The notes beneath the pieces were generated by a model. That model saw only the letters and a program-made list of their open reading frames with translations. It did not search any database and was not told the origin of the DNA. A program made the position numbers and the translations under genes. Shown here one piece after another: positions 1 to 10,600 of a DNA stretch of 64,000 bases (position 1 is the first letter of the stretch; each line of letters starts with the position of its first letter). Origin of the DNA: Verrucomicrobiales bacterium (GTDB lineage: Bacteria; Verrucomicrobiota; Verrucomicrobiia; Limisphaerales; JAYPEY01); NCBI GenBank assembly GCA_038126235.1, contig JAYPFK010000008.1:33168-97167 (forward strand), in the 5' to 3' direction.

Positions 1-195
1 GTCGCCGACGCGCATTTCGCCAATCCCTTCACCAACATCAAGAGCGTGGACGGCTTCGATCTCGCGGGCCACGTCGCCGAACGGCTGGTTTCCCACGCGC
101 TGGCCACGATCGCCGACCGCGAGAAGGCCATACGCGACGATCCCTCACTTCTTGAGTCCGAGACTTCGGCCGCCGTGTTGGAGGCCGCCCGTTGA
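1..195 (+). CDS. DUF4197-like protein, C-terminal fragment (runs off window)
   Basis: Frame 1 reads ...FDLAGHVAERLVSHALATIADREKAIRDDPSLL...AAR* (TGA 193-195), resembling the DUF4197 C-terminal DL..YV......LF..IA..EK.IR.DP pattern. Confidence 0.5.
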   Translation, partial: VADAHFANPFTNIKSVDGFDLAGHVAERLVSHALATIADREKAIRDDPSLLESETSAAVLEAAR

Positions 196-205
196 TTGAC
201 CGCCC

Positions 206-1324
206 ATGAAATCAAAACCCCCAAGCCCCTTCCCCGCCCTCCTCGCCGCCCTGCTCGCGATTGCGGTTTCCCTGAACGCCGGCGCCGCGGATTCCGCGCC
301 GCAGCTGAAGTGGGCCGAACTCCCGCCAGTACCGGACAAGGAAGGCTTCGCGGCGCCGTTCGTCGGCGTCAGCGGCGGGGCGCTCATCGTGGCCGGCGGC
401 GCAAACTTCCCGAACGGGTACCCCTGGGAGGACGGCAAAAAGGTCTGGTATGACAGCGTCTTCGTCTTGGAAAAACCCGGCAGTGAATGGCGGACCGGAT
501 TCAAGCTGCCCCGCCCGGCGGCCTACGGCGTGTCCATCTCGACCGACAAGGGCCTGCTCTGCATCGGCGGCGGCGATTCGGAAAGACACTTCGCCGACGT
601 GTTCCTGCTGGAATGGAAAGGGGGGAAGATCCGCGCGAAAACCTACCCCCCACTGCCCCAGCCCTGCGCCTTCGGTTCGGGCGTCAGGATCGGGAACACG
701 GTCTACGTGGCCGGCGGCATTGCGACTCCGGATTCGACGCGGGCCATGAAGAACTTCTGGACGTTGAACCTGAAGAAGCTCGACGAGGGCTGGCAGGATC
801 TTCCCGCCTGGCCTGGACCGGCGCGCATGCTCGCCGTCGCCGCCTCGGCGGACAACGCCTTCCACCTGATCAGCGGGACCAGCCTCCATCCCGACGCCGA
901 AGGCACACCCGAACGGACCTACCTGAGCGACGGCTGGAGCTGGTCGAAGAAGGTCGGCTGGATTCCGCTGGCCGACATTCCCCGCCCGGCGGTCGCGTCC
1001 CCGTCGCCAGCGCCTGTCCTCGACAGTCGCCACGTGCTGGTGATCTGCGGCGACGACGGGTCCAAGGCGGGCTTCGAACCGATGGCCAAGCACCCCGGCT
1101 TTCCCCGCGAGACGCTGGCCTACGATGTGTTCGAAGACAGTTGGAGTCCGGCCGGCAGCCTGCCATTCTCCATCGTGACCGCGCCTGTGACCGAGTGGAA
1201 CGGCCGTTTTGTCATCGCCAATGGCGAGGCGCGCCCCGGCGTGCGCTCACCGAAGGTCTGGCAGGCGAAGGTTCCGGGAAGCGGCCCCAAGAAGGGCGGC
1301 AGGAAGGGAAAGAAACGCAAGTGA
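206..1324 (+). CDS. Secreted Kelch-repeat beta-propeller, NanM/sialic-acid mutarotase-like
   Basis: Signal peptide; repeated GG Kelch motifs (LIVAGGANFP, LCIGGG, VYVAGG); GEARPGVRSP C-terminal motif; basic tail. Confidence 0.75.
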   Translation: MKSKPPSPFPALLAALLAIAVSLNAGAADSAPQLKWAELPPVPDKEGFAAPFVGVSGGALIVAGGANFPNGYPWEDGKKVWYDSVFVLEKPGSEWRTGFKLPRPAAYGVSISTDKGLLCIGGGDSERHFADVFLLEWKGGKIRAKTYPPLPQPCAFGSGVRIGNTVYVAGGIATPDSTRAMKNFWTLNLKKLDEGWQDLPAWPGPARMLAVAASADNAFHLISGTSLHPDAEGTPERTYLSDGWSWSKKVGWIPLADIPRPAVASPSPAPVLDSRHVLVICGDDGSKAGFEPMAKHPGFPRETLAYDVFEDSWSPAGSLPFSIVTAPVTEWNGRFVIANGEARPGVRSPKVWQAKVPGSGPKKGGRKGKKRK

Positions 1325-1386
1325 CCGGCGGGCTCGGCGGAGCCAAGCTTCAGTCAATCGGAAAACCGGAAGAGAAAGGCGCGGAC

Positions 1387-1599
1387 ATGATCGAATTCAT
1401 CAAGAGGATGGGAAGGCTCACCGACGGAAACCTTGCGGCTGAAGGCGCGCGCCAGTCCGCCTGGATCGCCTTGGTCGCGTCCGCCGTTGTGTTTGCGGCC
1501 GCCTGGATCGGGAATTCCTTCCCGCTTGCCGTCTCCGCACTCGGCCTCCTGTTTCTTTCCCTCATCTTTCGTTTTGTTTTCCGGACGCACGGCGCCTGA
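1387..1599 (+). CDS. Small membrane protein (70 aa, two predicted TM helices)
   Basis: ATG at 1387 after AGAAAGG; hydrophobic segments WIALVASAVVFAAAW and LAVSALGLLFLSLIF. Confidence 0.6.
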   Translation: MIEFIKRMGRLTDGNLAAEGARQSAWIALVASAVVFAAAWIGNSFPLAVSALGLLFLSLIFRFVFRTHGA

Positions 1600-1772
1600 C
1601 CGAGGCGCGGACCTTGGTCCGCTTCAACATGGGGCGGCGGCGAGGCTTGATCCCCGAAAAACACCGGAATTCCGAAGGTTGAAACGCAGTGAATTCCAGC
1701 CGTTCTCCGTTCCCTTGTTTCGCCAAACCGGACGCTTGAATTTTCCGTCATTCACCCCAAGTATCCGCCTCG

Positions 1773-3209
1773 GTGGCTGCGACGAAGACAATCCTGGTGA
1801 TCGACGAGGAAGCGGAACTGCGCAACGCCCTCAAAGGATGGCTTTCCCTCGACGGATGGACCGTGTTGGAGACCGACAACGGGGAGGATGGATTGAAACT
1901 CGTCCGCAAGCATCGCCCCAAGGTCGTCATCTGCGATCTTCTGATGCCGCGCTGCAACGGTTACCGCTTCTGCCGCGGCGTGCAGGAGGACCCCGACCTG
2001 CGCGACAGCGTCAAGATCATCATCTCCAGCAGCCGCGGTTACGCCGGCGACCGGCTCAATGCGCTGCAATCCGGCGCGGACGAGTACCTTGTCAAACCCT
2101 TCGCCCAGGACGAGTTGGCGAATATCCTCACGCGACTTCTCGAACCGGAGAAATCGACGTTCATCAAGCTCTGGGAACGACTGACAACGTCCTCTGAACC
2201 CGCGCTGGACACGGTCGGAGACAGCTCCGCCTTCTCCGGCCAGAGCAAACCACAAGCGGAGAAACTCGACGAGGGAGTCACGCGTGTCCGCTTCTGGGGC
2301 GTCCGCGGCTCGACGCCCACGCCAGGGCCGGGCACGGTGCACTTCGGCGGCAACACCTCCTGCGTCGAATTGCGCGCCGACGGGGAGATCATCGTGCTGG
2401 ACGCCGGTTCGGGAATCCGCCCATTGGGATTGGCCCTGGTCCGAGAATTCGGCAGCCGCCCCATCGATCTCACCCTCCTGATCACCCACACGCATTGGGA
2501 CCACATCCAAGGCTTCCCCTTTTTCCTGCCAGCCTACAACCCGCGCAACAACATCAAGATCCGCGGCTTTGAAGGATCCAGCGAGAACCTCGCCGACATC
2601 TTCGAGCAGCAGATGCGGACGCCCTATTTCCCGATCACGATGCAGCAGATGCCCTCGATGCCTTCGGTCGAGGAGATCCAGGATCTGCGGTTCAACATCG
2701 GCGCAGTCGAGGTCGTGGCGGCATTCATGAACCACCCGGGAATCTGCGTGGGCTACCGGCTGAACACCAGCTGCGGCTCGGTGGCGTTCATGCCCGACCA
2801 CGAACCCTATCAGCGGCTGCGCGGAGCGGCCTCCGACAAGTCCGGCCGCGTGACCTCCGAATCCCTTGCCTACGCCCGCAAGCTGGATGAGCAGCTGATC
2901 GAGTTCGTCCGCGGCGTGGACGTGTTGATCATCGACTCCCAGTACGACGACACGGAGTACCAGACCAAGGTCGGCTGGGGGCACGGCTGCCTGGACGATG
3001 TCGTGACCCTGGCTTTGATGGCCGGAGTCAAGCGGCTGGTCCTCTTTCATCACGACCCGGATCACGACGACAACCACGTCCGCAAAATGGAACAGTGGGC
3101 TCGTGATCTCGTCACCATGCACGGCGATCCCGTGGAGGTGGAAGCCGCCCGCGAGGGCGTCGAAATCGTCCTTCAACCGAAGACGGCTCCCGCTTCGGAG
3201 ACTGTCTGA
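1773..3209 (+). CDS. Response-regulator receiver domain fused to MBL-fold metallo-hydrolase
   Basis: N-terminal ILVIDE..ICDLLMP..GADEYLVKPF; C-terminal FWGVRGS, GGNTSC, THTHWDHIQG, HPG, GWGH, LFHHDP. Confidence 0.85.
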   Translation: MAATKTILVIDEEAELRNALKGWLSLDGWTVLETDNGEDGLKLVRKHRPKVVICDLLMPRCNGYRFCRGVQEDPDLRDSVKIIISSSRGYAGDRLNALQSGADEYLVKPFAQDELANILTRLLEPEKSTFIKLWERLTTSSEPALDTVGDSSAFSGQSKPQAEKLDEGVTRVRFWGVRGSTPTPGPGTVHFGGNTSCVELRADGEIIVLDAGSGIRPLGLALVREFGSRPIDLTLLITHTHWDHIQGFPFFLPAYNPRNNIKIRGFEGSSENLADIFEQQMRTPYFPITMQQMPSMPSVEEIQDLRFNIGAVEVVAAFMNHPGICVGYRLNTSCGSVAFMPDHEPYQRLRGAASDKSGRVTSESLAYARKLDEQLIEFVRGVDVLIIDSQYDDTEYQTKVGWGHGCLDDVVTLALMAGVKRLVLFHHDPDHDDNHVRKMEQWARDLVTMHGDPVEVEAAREGVEIVLQPKTAPASETV

Positions 3210-3238
3210 ACGAAGCCGTCCGCCGCTTCCTCCGTCCC

Positions 3239-4510
3239 ATGTCACACGAGGCCTTTCCCCGCATGTTCCGACTGCGTCAGACCTTTCCGGAGTCCGCGCC
3301 TCCAGACATCCCAACCACGGTGGACGCCGAACTCGGCGGACTGTTGAAAAGCCTGAAGCCCGGCGCGCGCGTCGCGGTGGGGGTTGGCAGCCGGGGCATC
3401 GCCAACCTGGCGGAAATCGTGGCGCGAGTCGTGGGCGGCCTGAAGGCGGCGGGCGCGAATCCGTTCGTGATTCCCGCCATGGGCAGTCACGGCGGAGCCA
3501 CTCCCGAAGGGCAGGAGCGCATTCTCGCCGACTACGGCGTCACCGCCGATTCGGTCGGCGCGCCGCTACGTTCTTCCATGGACACCCGCGCGCTGGGGAC
3601 CAATTCGCTCAGGATGGACGTCATGTTCAGCGCTGCGGCGTTGGAGGCCGACATGGTCCTGCCCATCAACCGGATCAAGCCCCACACCGATTTCCAGGGA
3701 GGCCTCGGCAGCGGCGTCGTCAAGATGCTGGTCGTCGGCTTCGGCAAGCACGCCGGAGCCTCGCGATTCCATCGATCGGCCATGCGCCTCGGCTACGAGC
3801 CCGCCCTGCGCGAGGCGGCCGATGTTGTGCTGAAGAACGCTCCCGTCCTGGGCGGCATCGCCTTGATCGAGGACGCGATCCATCGCACCGCCCGAATTGA
3901 AGCGATCCGTCCGGAGGAATTCATCGCGGCCGAGGAGCGGCTGCAAAAGAAGGCGCGCGAGCTGATGCCAGGTCTGCCCTTCGACGAGGCGGACCTCCTG
4001 GTCGTGGACCAGATCGGGAAGAACATCAGCGGCACGGGAATGGACACCAACGTGATCGGCCGGGGCGTCCACGGCTATTCGACCCATTTCGGCGAACAGG
4101 CCGCGGCCGGACCTCCCTGCATCAAACGGGTGTTCGTCCGCGACCTCACACCGGAGACCCACGGCAACGCTATCGGCGTGGGCATGGCGGATTTCACGAC
4201 GGAGCGGCTGATCGCGGCGACGGACCGGCGCATCACCGGCGTCAACAGCCTGACCGCCATGACGCTCCACGCAGCCAAACTCCCCATCGCCTTCCCCAGC
4301 GACCGGGAGGCAATTGCGACCGCGCTGGAGTCACTGGGACTGGAGCCGGGAACCCCGCCTCGCGTCCTGCGGATCCGTGACACCCTCAGCCTGCAAACCC
4401 TGGAGGCGTCCGAGGCCTATCTTGACGCAATCACGGAGCGGCCAGACCTGTCCGTGGCATCGGAACCGATGGAATGGCATTTTGACTCCGTAGGAAATCT
4501 CGTTTCTTGA
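3239..4510 (+). CDS. LarA-N (lactate racemase/DUF2088)-like domain protein
   Basis: VAVGVGSRGIANL, PAMGSHGGATPEGQ, NRIKPHTDF, GKNISGTGMDTNVIGR motifs. Confidence 0.7.
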   Translation: MSHEAFPRMFRLRQTFPESAPPDIPTTVDAELGGLLKSLKPGARVAVGVGSRGIANLAEIVARVVGGLKAAGANPFVIPAMGSHGGATPEGQERILADYGVTADSVGAPLRSSMDTRALGTNSLRMDVMFSAAALEADMVLPINRIKPHTDFQGGLGSGVVKMLVVGFGKHAGASRFHRSAMRLGYEPALREAADVVLKNAPVLGGIALIEDAIHRTARIEAIRPEEFIAAEERLQKKARELMPGLPFDEADLLVVDQIGKNISGTGMDTNVIGRGVHGYSTHFGEQAAAGPPCIKRVFVRDLTPETHGNAIGVGMADFTTERLIAATDRRITGVNSLTAMTLHAAKLPIAFPSDREAIATALESLGLEPGTPPRVLRIRDTLSLQTLEASEAYLDAITERPDLSVASEPMEWHFDSVGNLVS

Positions 4511-4619
4511 GGGACGCGCGTGGAGCGCGCACACCTTGCAAAGGCGCCCCGCGAGCAGCATCGCCCGCCCCGCGCCCAGAACGCGTCGCCAAAGGAAGGG
4601 CCTTGAGCGTCGTCGCGAA

Positions 4620-7600
4620 TCAGGGCAGCGCAGACAGGGGGATGATCCGGTAAAAGCGATACAGGTGCAGGGAGGCAGGATCGGGGTCCGGGAACGACTG
4701 GGTGCCGCCGGTGGCGACGAAACTGTTGATACTGGTCCAGTGACGCAGATCGTTGCTCACTTGGATGACATAGGTGATTCCCGCCTGTCCCGTCACGGCG
4801 AGGGTCACCTGGTCGGACTCGCTGATGGTGGCCGCGTTGATGCCGGGATTCACGTTGAGCGTAACCGGCGCGGAGACCACGGACTCATTCAGATTATCCG
4901 TGGCGACCGCCGTAAGCGCATAGGATCCAAGGGCGACGCCCGACCAGACGATCGAGTAGGGAGGCTCCGTCGCCTCGCCCAACCGCGTGGAGTCGGCGAA
5001 AAACTCGACCCGCATGATGGAACCGTCCGGGTCGGAAGCGTCGGCGGTAATCCTGACGTCCGACATGGCCGCGACGCGACGGCCGTCAAGCGGCGCGGTC
5101 ACAACAACGGCAGGCGGCTGGTTGGGAACCACAGTAAGAACGCCCCGCCGGAACTGGATGTTGTAATTGGGACTGGCCGCGCCGGAGACGACGATGTCGT
5201 AGGAACCGGCAGGACTTTCCATGGTCGCTGCCGTCGTCAATGTCGCGGACTGCGTCAGCGAGGCCGATGTGTCGTTGTTGACGAGACCGATATAACTCGC
5301 GGTCAACTGCGGATTGGGAGCCCCCACGCCGCGGGTCTTGTTTTCCGCCCGGACGATCAGATTTGCCTTGAGGACATCCAGGGAGACGGTTTTCGAGACG
5401 GACACGTAATTCTGCGTGGATTCCGGGATGAAAACCACACTGAGGAGCTGGTCCTCGCCAACCTGCGGAACCGTCCCGGGCTCCGGCTGATAACGGAACA
5501 CGCCCGGAACGTCGGCGGTCGCATTGAACTGCAACTCGCCGAGAGCCGCCCCGTAGACGATGGCGGCGGGATTGTTCCACACAATCATCGGCTCGGCCTT
5601 GGCGACATCGATGACCGTAGAGCCGGAGGCGGTCTCGAAATTGTCGCCGTCATCCGGCGTGAAGCTGACATTCAGGGCCTGCAAGGAACCGGCGTCGAGG
5701 ATCGTGCCGAGGGGCGGGTCGTAGACGAAAGCCCCGGAGACCGCGTCAGTCGTTCCGGGAAGCACCGCGGCGGCGTTGAGTTGCGTCGCCGTAAGCGGCG
5801 TGCCGTGAACAATCCCGGCTGGCCGGTTCCAGGTCAGGGCCGGGACGGCCTTGCGCACGTTGATGACCACCTGTTTCGAGCCCGCGTTGTAGTTGGCCGT
5901 GTCCGTCGGGGTGAAGTCCACGGCCAGAACCTGCCCGGCGCCCGCGGCGAGGATCGTTCCGGCCGGCGGCGAGTAATCAAAGGTTCCGGGAACAGCTGAG
6001 ACCGCGTTCAGGTGATTCTGGCTGTTGAGCGGCGTTCCATGGGCAATATCCGCCGGGGTGTTCCAGAGAATTGTCGGATCCGCCTTGGCCACGTCGATGA
6101 GCGCCGAGGCGGTGATCACGCGGTAGTTTGAGTCGTTCGGAGTGAATGTGACGCTCAATTCCTGGCCGGAACCCGCAGCCAACACCGTCCCGGCCGGAGG
6201 CGAGTAAGTGAACGAGCCGGGCACATCCGCAACGGCGTTCAACTGCGCCGCTCCAAGCGGCGTCCCGAAGCCAATGGCCTCCGGGGCCGGCCACGTGACC
6301 TCCGCGACGGCGGGCAGAACGTTGACGGTGACCGTGGCGGTCGCCGTGGCGCGGTTGTCCGTGTCGTCAGGCGTGAAAACAACGCGCAGGGTATGACCGG
6401 ATCCCAACGGGAGCGGCGCGCCGGCGGCTGGGGTGTAGACGAACCTCCCGGGAGCATCCGCCGTGGCGTTCAACTGGACGGAGCTGAGCGTTGCGGGATG
6501 GATCATGTCCGCCGGGTTGTCCCACGTGATCGTGGGAACGGCCTTCCGCACATCGATCGCCGTGTTGACGGTGACCGCGTTGTAGTTGTCGGCATCGTCC
6601 GGCGTGAAGGTGGTCGAGAGGATCCGACCGGTTCCGACAGCGAGCAAGGTTCCGGGTTCGGGGGTATAAGCGAAGGTCCCCTCGATATCCGTCGCCGTCG
6701 CGTTGAGGTGTTCCCCCAAGACAAGCGGCGTGCCGTATTCAATGGACGCGGGAGGCTGCCACACAATGACAGGATCCGCCTTCAGCACGTCGATGCGAAC
6801 CGTCCGGCTGGCGGAGTTGTAATTGTCCGTGTCGGCCGGCGTGAATTCGGCGGTCAAAGGCTGGTCGGCTCCGGCCGCCAGGAGGGTCGCGATCGGCGGC
6901 GTGTAGACGAAGGAACCCTCGGCATCCGCCCGCGCGTTCAACTGCGTCATGCCCAATGGCGTTCCATACACGATGGCGGCCGGATCATTCCAGGTGATGA
7001 CGGGATCGGCCTTGGCCACATCGATGGTCACCTGCATCTGGGCGGATTCAACATTGCCGGGACTGTCCGGCGTGAAGGTCACGCTCAGGGTCTGCGCGGA
7101 TCCCGCGTCCAGGTAGGTTCCCGCGGGCGGGTCGTAGCTCAGGGAGCCGGGATGGCTCGCCACGGCATTGAGCTGGACGCTGGTGAGAGGGACGCCGTGG
7201 ATGATTCCGGCGGGCGGATTCCAGATGATCGTGGGAGTCGCCTTCAGGACGTTGATGACAACCTCCTTGGTGACGGTGTTCTGGTTGGCGGCGTCCTCCG
7301 GAGTGAAGGTCACGCTCAGGGTCTGGCTGTTCCCGGCATTGAGCGTGGTTCCGGCGGGCGGGTTGTACGCCAACGAACCCGGTCTTTCCGCAACGGCGTT
7401 CAACTGGGCCCCGCCAAGGCGCGTTCCGTAAACGATGTCCTCAGGAGTTGCCCAGGTGATCGTGGCGTTCGCGCGCAACACGTCGATGTAGGCCGTCGCG
7501 ACCGCGCTCAGATAGCGACTGGCGTCGTCCGGCGTGAATTCCACACTGAGCGGATGCGCCATCCCGGCCTTGAGGAGGGTTCCGGCGGCGGGGGTATAGG

Positions 7601-10600
7601 TGAAAGTCCCGGCCACCGGACTCATCGCGTTCAGCTGGGTTGCGCCGAGCGCGTCGCCGAAGGTGATATCCGCGGGATCGTTCCAGATGATGGTCGGCCG
7701 CGCGCGCAGGACATTGATCGCCACCTCGACACTCACCGGCTCGTAATTGAGGTTGTCATACGGGGTGAACGCCACGCGCAACGTCTGCGCAGCCCCTACG
7801 TCGAACACCGTTCCCGCCGGAGGATCGTATTCGAAGAGCCCCGGCTGATCGGCGGTCGCGTTCAACTGGTCCGTCCCCAGCGGTGTTCCGTACTCGATGT
7901 CGGCGGGTGTCGGCCACGAGATCGCCGGGACGGCGCGCCCGATCTTGAGCGTGCGGTCCGGAGGATTCAGGTGGGTGATGGCGTAGTTGGAGTCGAAGGC
8001 TCCCCCGGAGACGATCCGGTAGAATCCCACGGGGCTTTCCGCGGTCGCCTCGGTGAAGAAGACGGGCGGCGAATCCAGGTCCGCCACGGTGTCGCCCAGC
8101 ACAAAGCCGGCGCCGCCCTCCCCATCCTCATAGCTTGCCGCAAACGCCGGCAACGGCGCCCCGAAGGGCTTGAAGGCATTCTGAGGCGTGACAAAAAGCG
8201 GTCGTGGATCCACATCAATCAGAATCTCGGTCTGCACGATCCGATGTTCGGTGATGTCGGTCGGCACGAAGGTGGCCCGCAATACCCGGGCCTTGCCGGC
8301 CTCCAGATGAGCGCCCAGCGGCGGATCGTAGACGAAAGAGCCGGGCACGTTCGCCGTTGCGTCGAGATGGTCCTCGGTAAGCGGATCGCCATAAACGATG
8401 GAACCCGGGTCGTCCCAAGCCAGGCTCGGGATGCTGCGCAACAGATTGTTGAACAGCGAGACCGTGCCGGCGGAACCGCCTACGATCAGCTCGGGCTTGG
8501 AGTTGTTGTCCAGGTCCGCCCCGAAGACGGCGCTCGGTCCCCCCGGGGTCGGGACGGCGACCGCCGCCCCGAAGCGGAGCGGTTCGGCGGGACCGGAACC
8601 CAGGTTCTGCAGGAGCAGCACGACTCCCGTGGCGGGGCCGGACACGGCCAGATCCGGCAGGGCGTCGCCGTTGAAATCGGCCACCGCCAAGGCCGCGGGA
8701 TTCAGCCCCGCCGCAAAGGTGTCCGCGGCTTCAAAATCGATGGTCTCCGGCTCACTCTTGTTGCGATAGGCCGTGATCTTCCCGCCCGCCCGGTTGAGGA
8801 TGGCAAGATCGACCCGACCGTCGCGGTTGAAATCCGCGGCGACCAGATCCGTCGGATTCACCAGTTCACCCGCATTCTCTGCGGCGGGGAAAGTCACGGG
8901 ATCGCTCAGCGACCCCGAATTGATGGAGCCGCGCGTCGCCGTGTTGCGGAGAACGGAAATGGAGTTGCCGCCCACGCCGTTGAACGCGTTGACGACAACC
9001 ACGTCCAGCCCGCCGTCCCCATCCAGATCCGCAGCCAGGACCTTGGAAGGTCCGACTCCGACCACGAACTGCTGCGCGGCGGCAAAGGAGACCGCCCCGG
9101 GGACGCTGGTGTTTCGCAGAACGGCGATGCGACCGGAATCGCCAAGGGCGACCAGCAGATCGACCAATCCGTCCCCGTCGATGTCTGCGAGGTCTCCGGA
9201 GGTCGGGCTGGCGCCCACCAGAAGGGTCGCGGGGTTGTCGAAGGCAAGGGATCCGACCACGCTCGCATTGTGGAAGATGGAGACGCCGGATGAACCGGAG
9301 TCGATCGTCACGGCGTCCAGCAACCCGTCTCCGTCGATATCCGCGACAACCAGGTCCGCTGGAGCGAGCCGGGTCGGGAGATCCAACCGGGTCGCAAACA
9401 CACCGGACGAAATGCCCCTGGCGATGGAAAGATTGTGGAAAAGGGACAGGGTGTTGTTCCCTCGGTTCAGGGAGGCGATGTCGGAACGCCCGTCGCCGTC
9501 AAAGTCCGCCGCGACGATATCGGACGCCCCGGAACCGGAGGTCAGGTTGGCTCGATCGCCGAACGTGAGCGGGTCCAGGGCGCCGTTGTTCTCGAAGACG
9601 ACGGTGAAGGCGCGGTCGCCTTCGCCCGTCAGCCCGCCCACCGTGACCGAGACCGGCTCGTAGGTGGCCCCGGGCGGAATCTCCACGGTAAGCGCCGTCG
9701 CCGTCGCCGCGAGAACCTTAGCCTCGACCGCGCCGAAGCGGACAAGGTTCTCCTCCGCAACGACGCTGAAATTGCGCCCGAACACGGTGACCTGTTCGCC
9801 GGCGAAGCCAAAGTCCGCCGAAAGCGCATTGACGATCGGCTTGGGCGGCACGGGGGCGTCATCGTTCACGATCGTGCCCACGCCCTCCCCGTCCAGGATC
9901 AACGCGCCCATGGCGTTGCTCAACCGCAGGAGAACAGTCTCGTTCGGCTCGTCCACGGTGTCCCCGGTCACGGTCACCGGGACAACGCGCTCCACGGCCC
10001 CCGGAGGAAAGGTGAGCGTGCCGCTGGTCGCCGAATAGTCGGAGCCATCGACGGCGGTCCCATCCGCGGTGGCGTACTCCACGGTGACGGTCTGCGCGTG
10101 CGCCTTGGTGAGAATGACCCGGAATTCCATGGTGTTGATCGCCGCATTGCCCTCCGAGACACTGGTATCCAGCGCCTTGAAGCCCTCTCCCCGGTCATCG
10201 TTGAGAATCGTCCCCTCGCCTTCAGCATCCGTCAGGAGGCCGTTCACCGGATTGCTCAGCAGCACAAGGAAGGTCTCGTCCGCCTCAAAGGAGGCGTCTC
10301 CGATCACCGGCACGGCAATCGTGGCCATCGTCTCCCCGGCGGGAATGGTCGCCGTCCCGCTGGTCGCGACGAAGTCGGAACCGACAAGCGCCGTCCCGCT
10401 CACGGCCTGATAATCGACAGACACCGGGATCGTGTTCGGCCCGGTCATGCTGATGGTGAACACGGCATCCGTCGTGCCCGCATTGCCCTCGGTCAGGGAG
10501 ACGTCGTCTATCGAGATGCGCGAACCCACCTCGTTGTCCAGGATCGTGCAGACCGCGACACCGTCCGCGATGATGCCGTTGGAAGGGTTGCTGATCCGCA

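Noticed and set aside
5370..7940. Tandem ~231-bp periodicity as possible CRISPR or DGR-like array
   Set aside because: Diverged in-frame protein repeats; no identical repeats with spacers, no cas or reverse transcriptase gene
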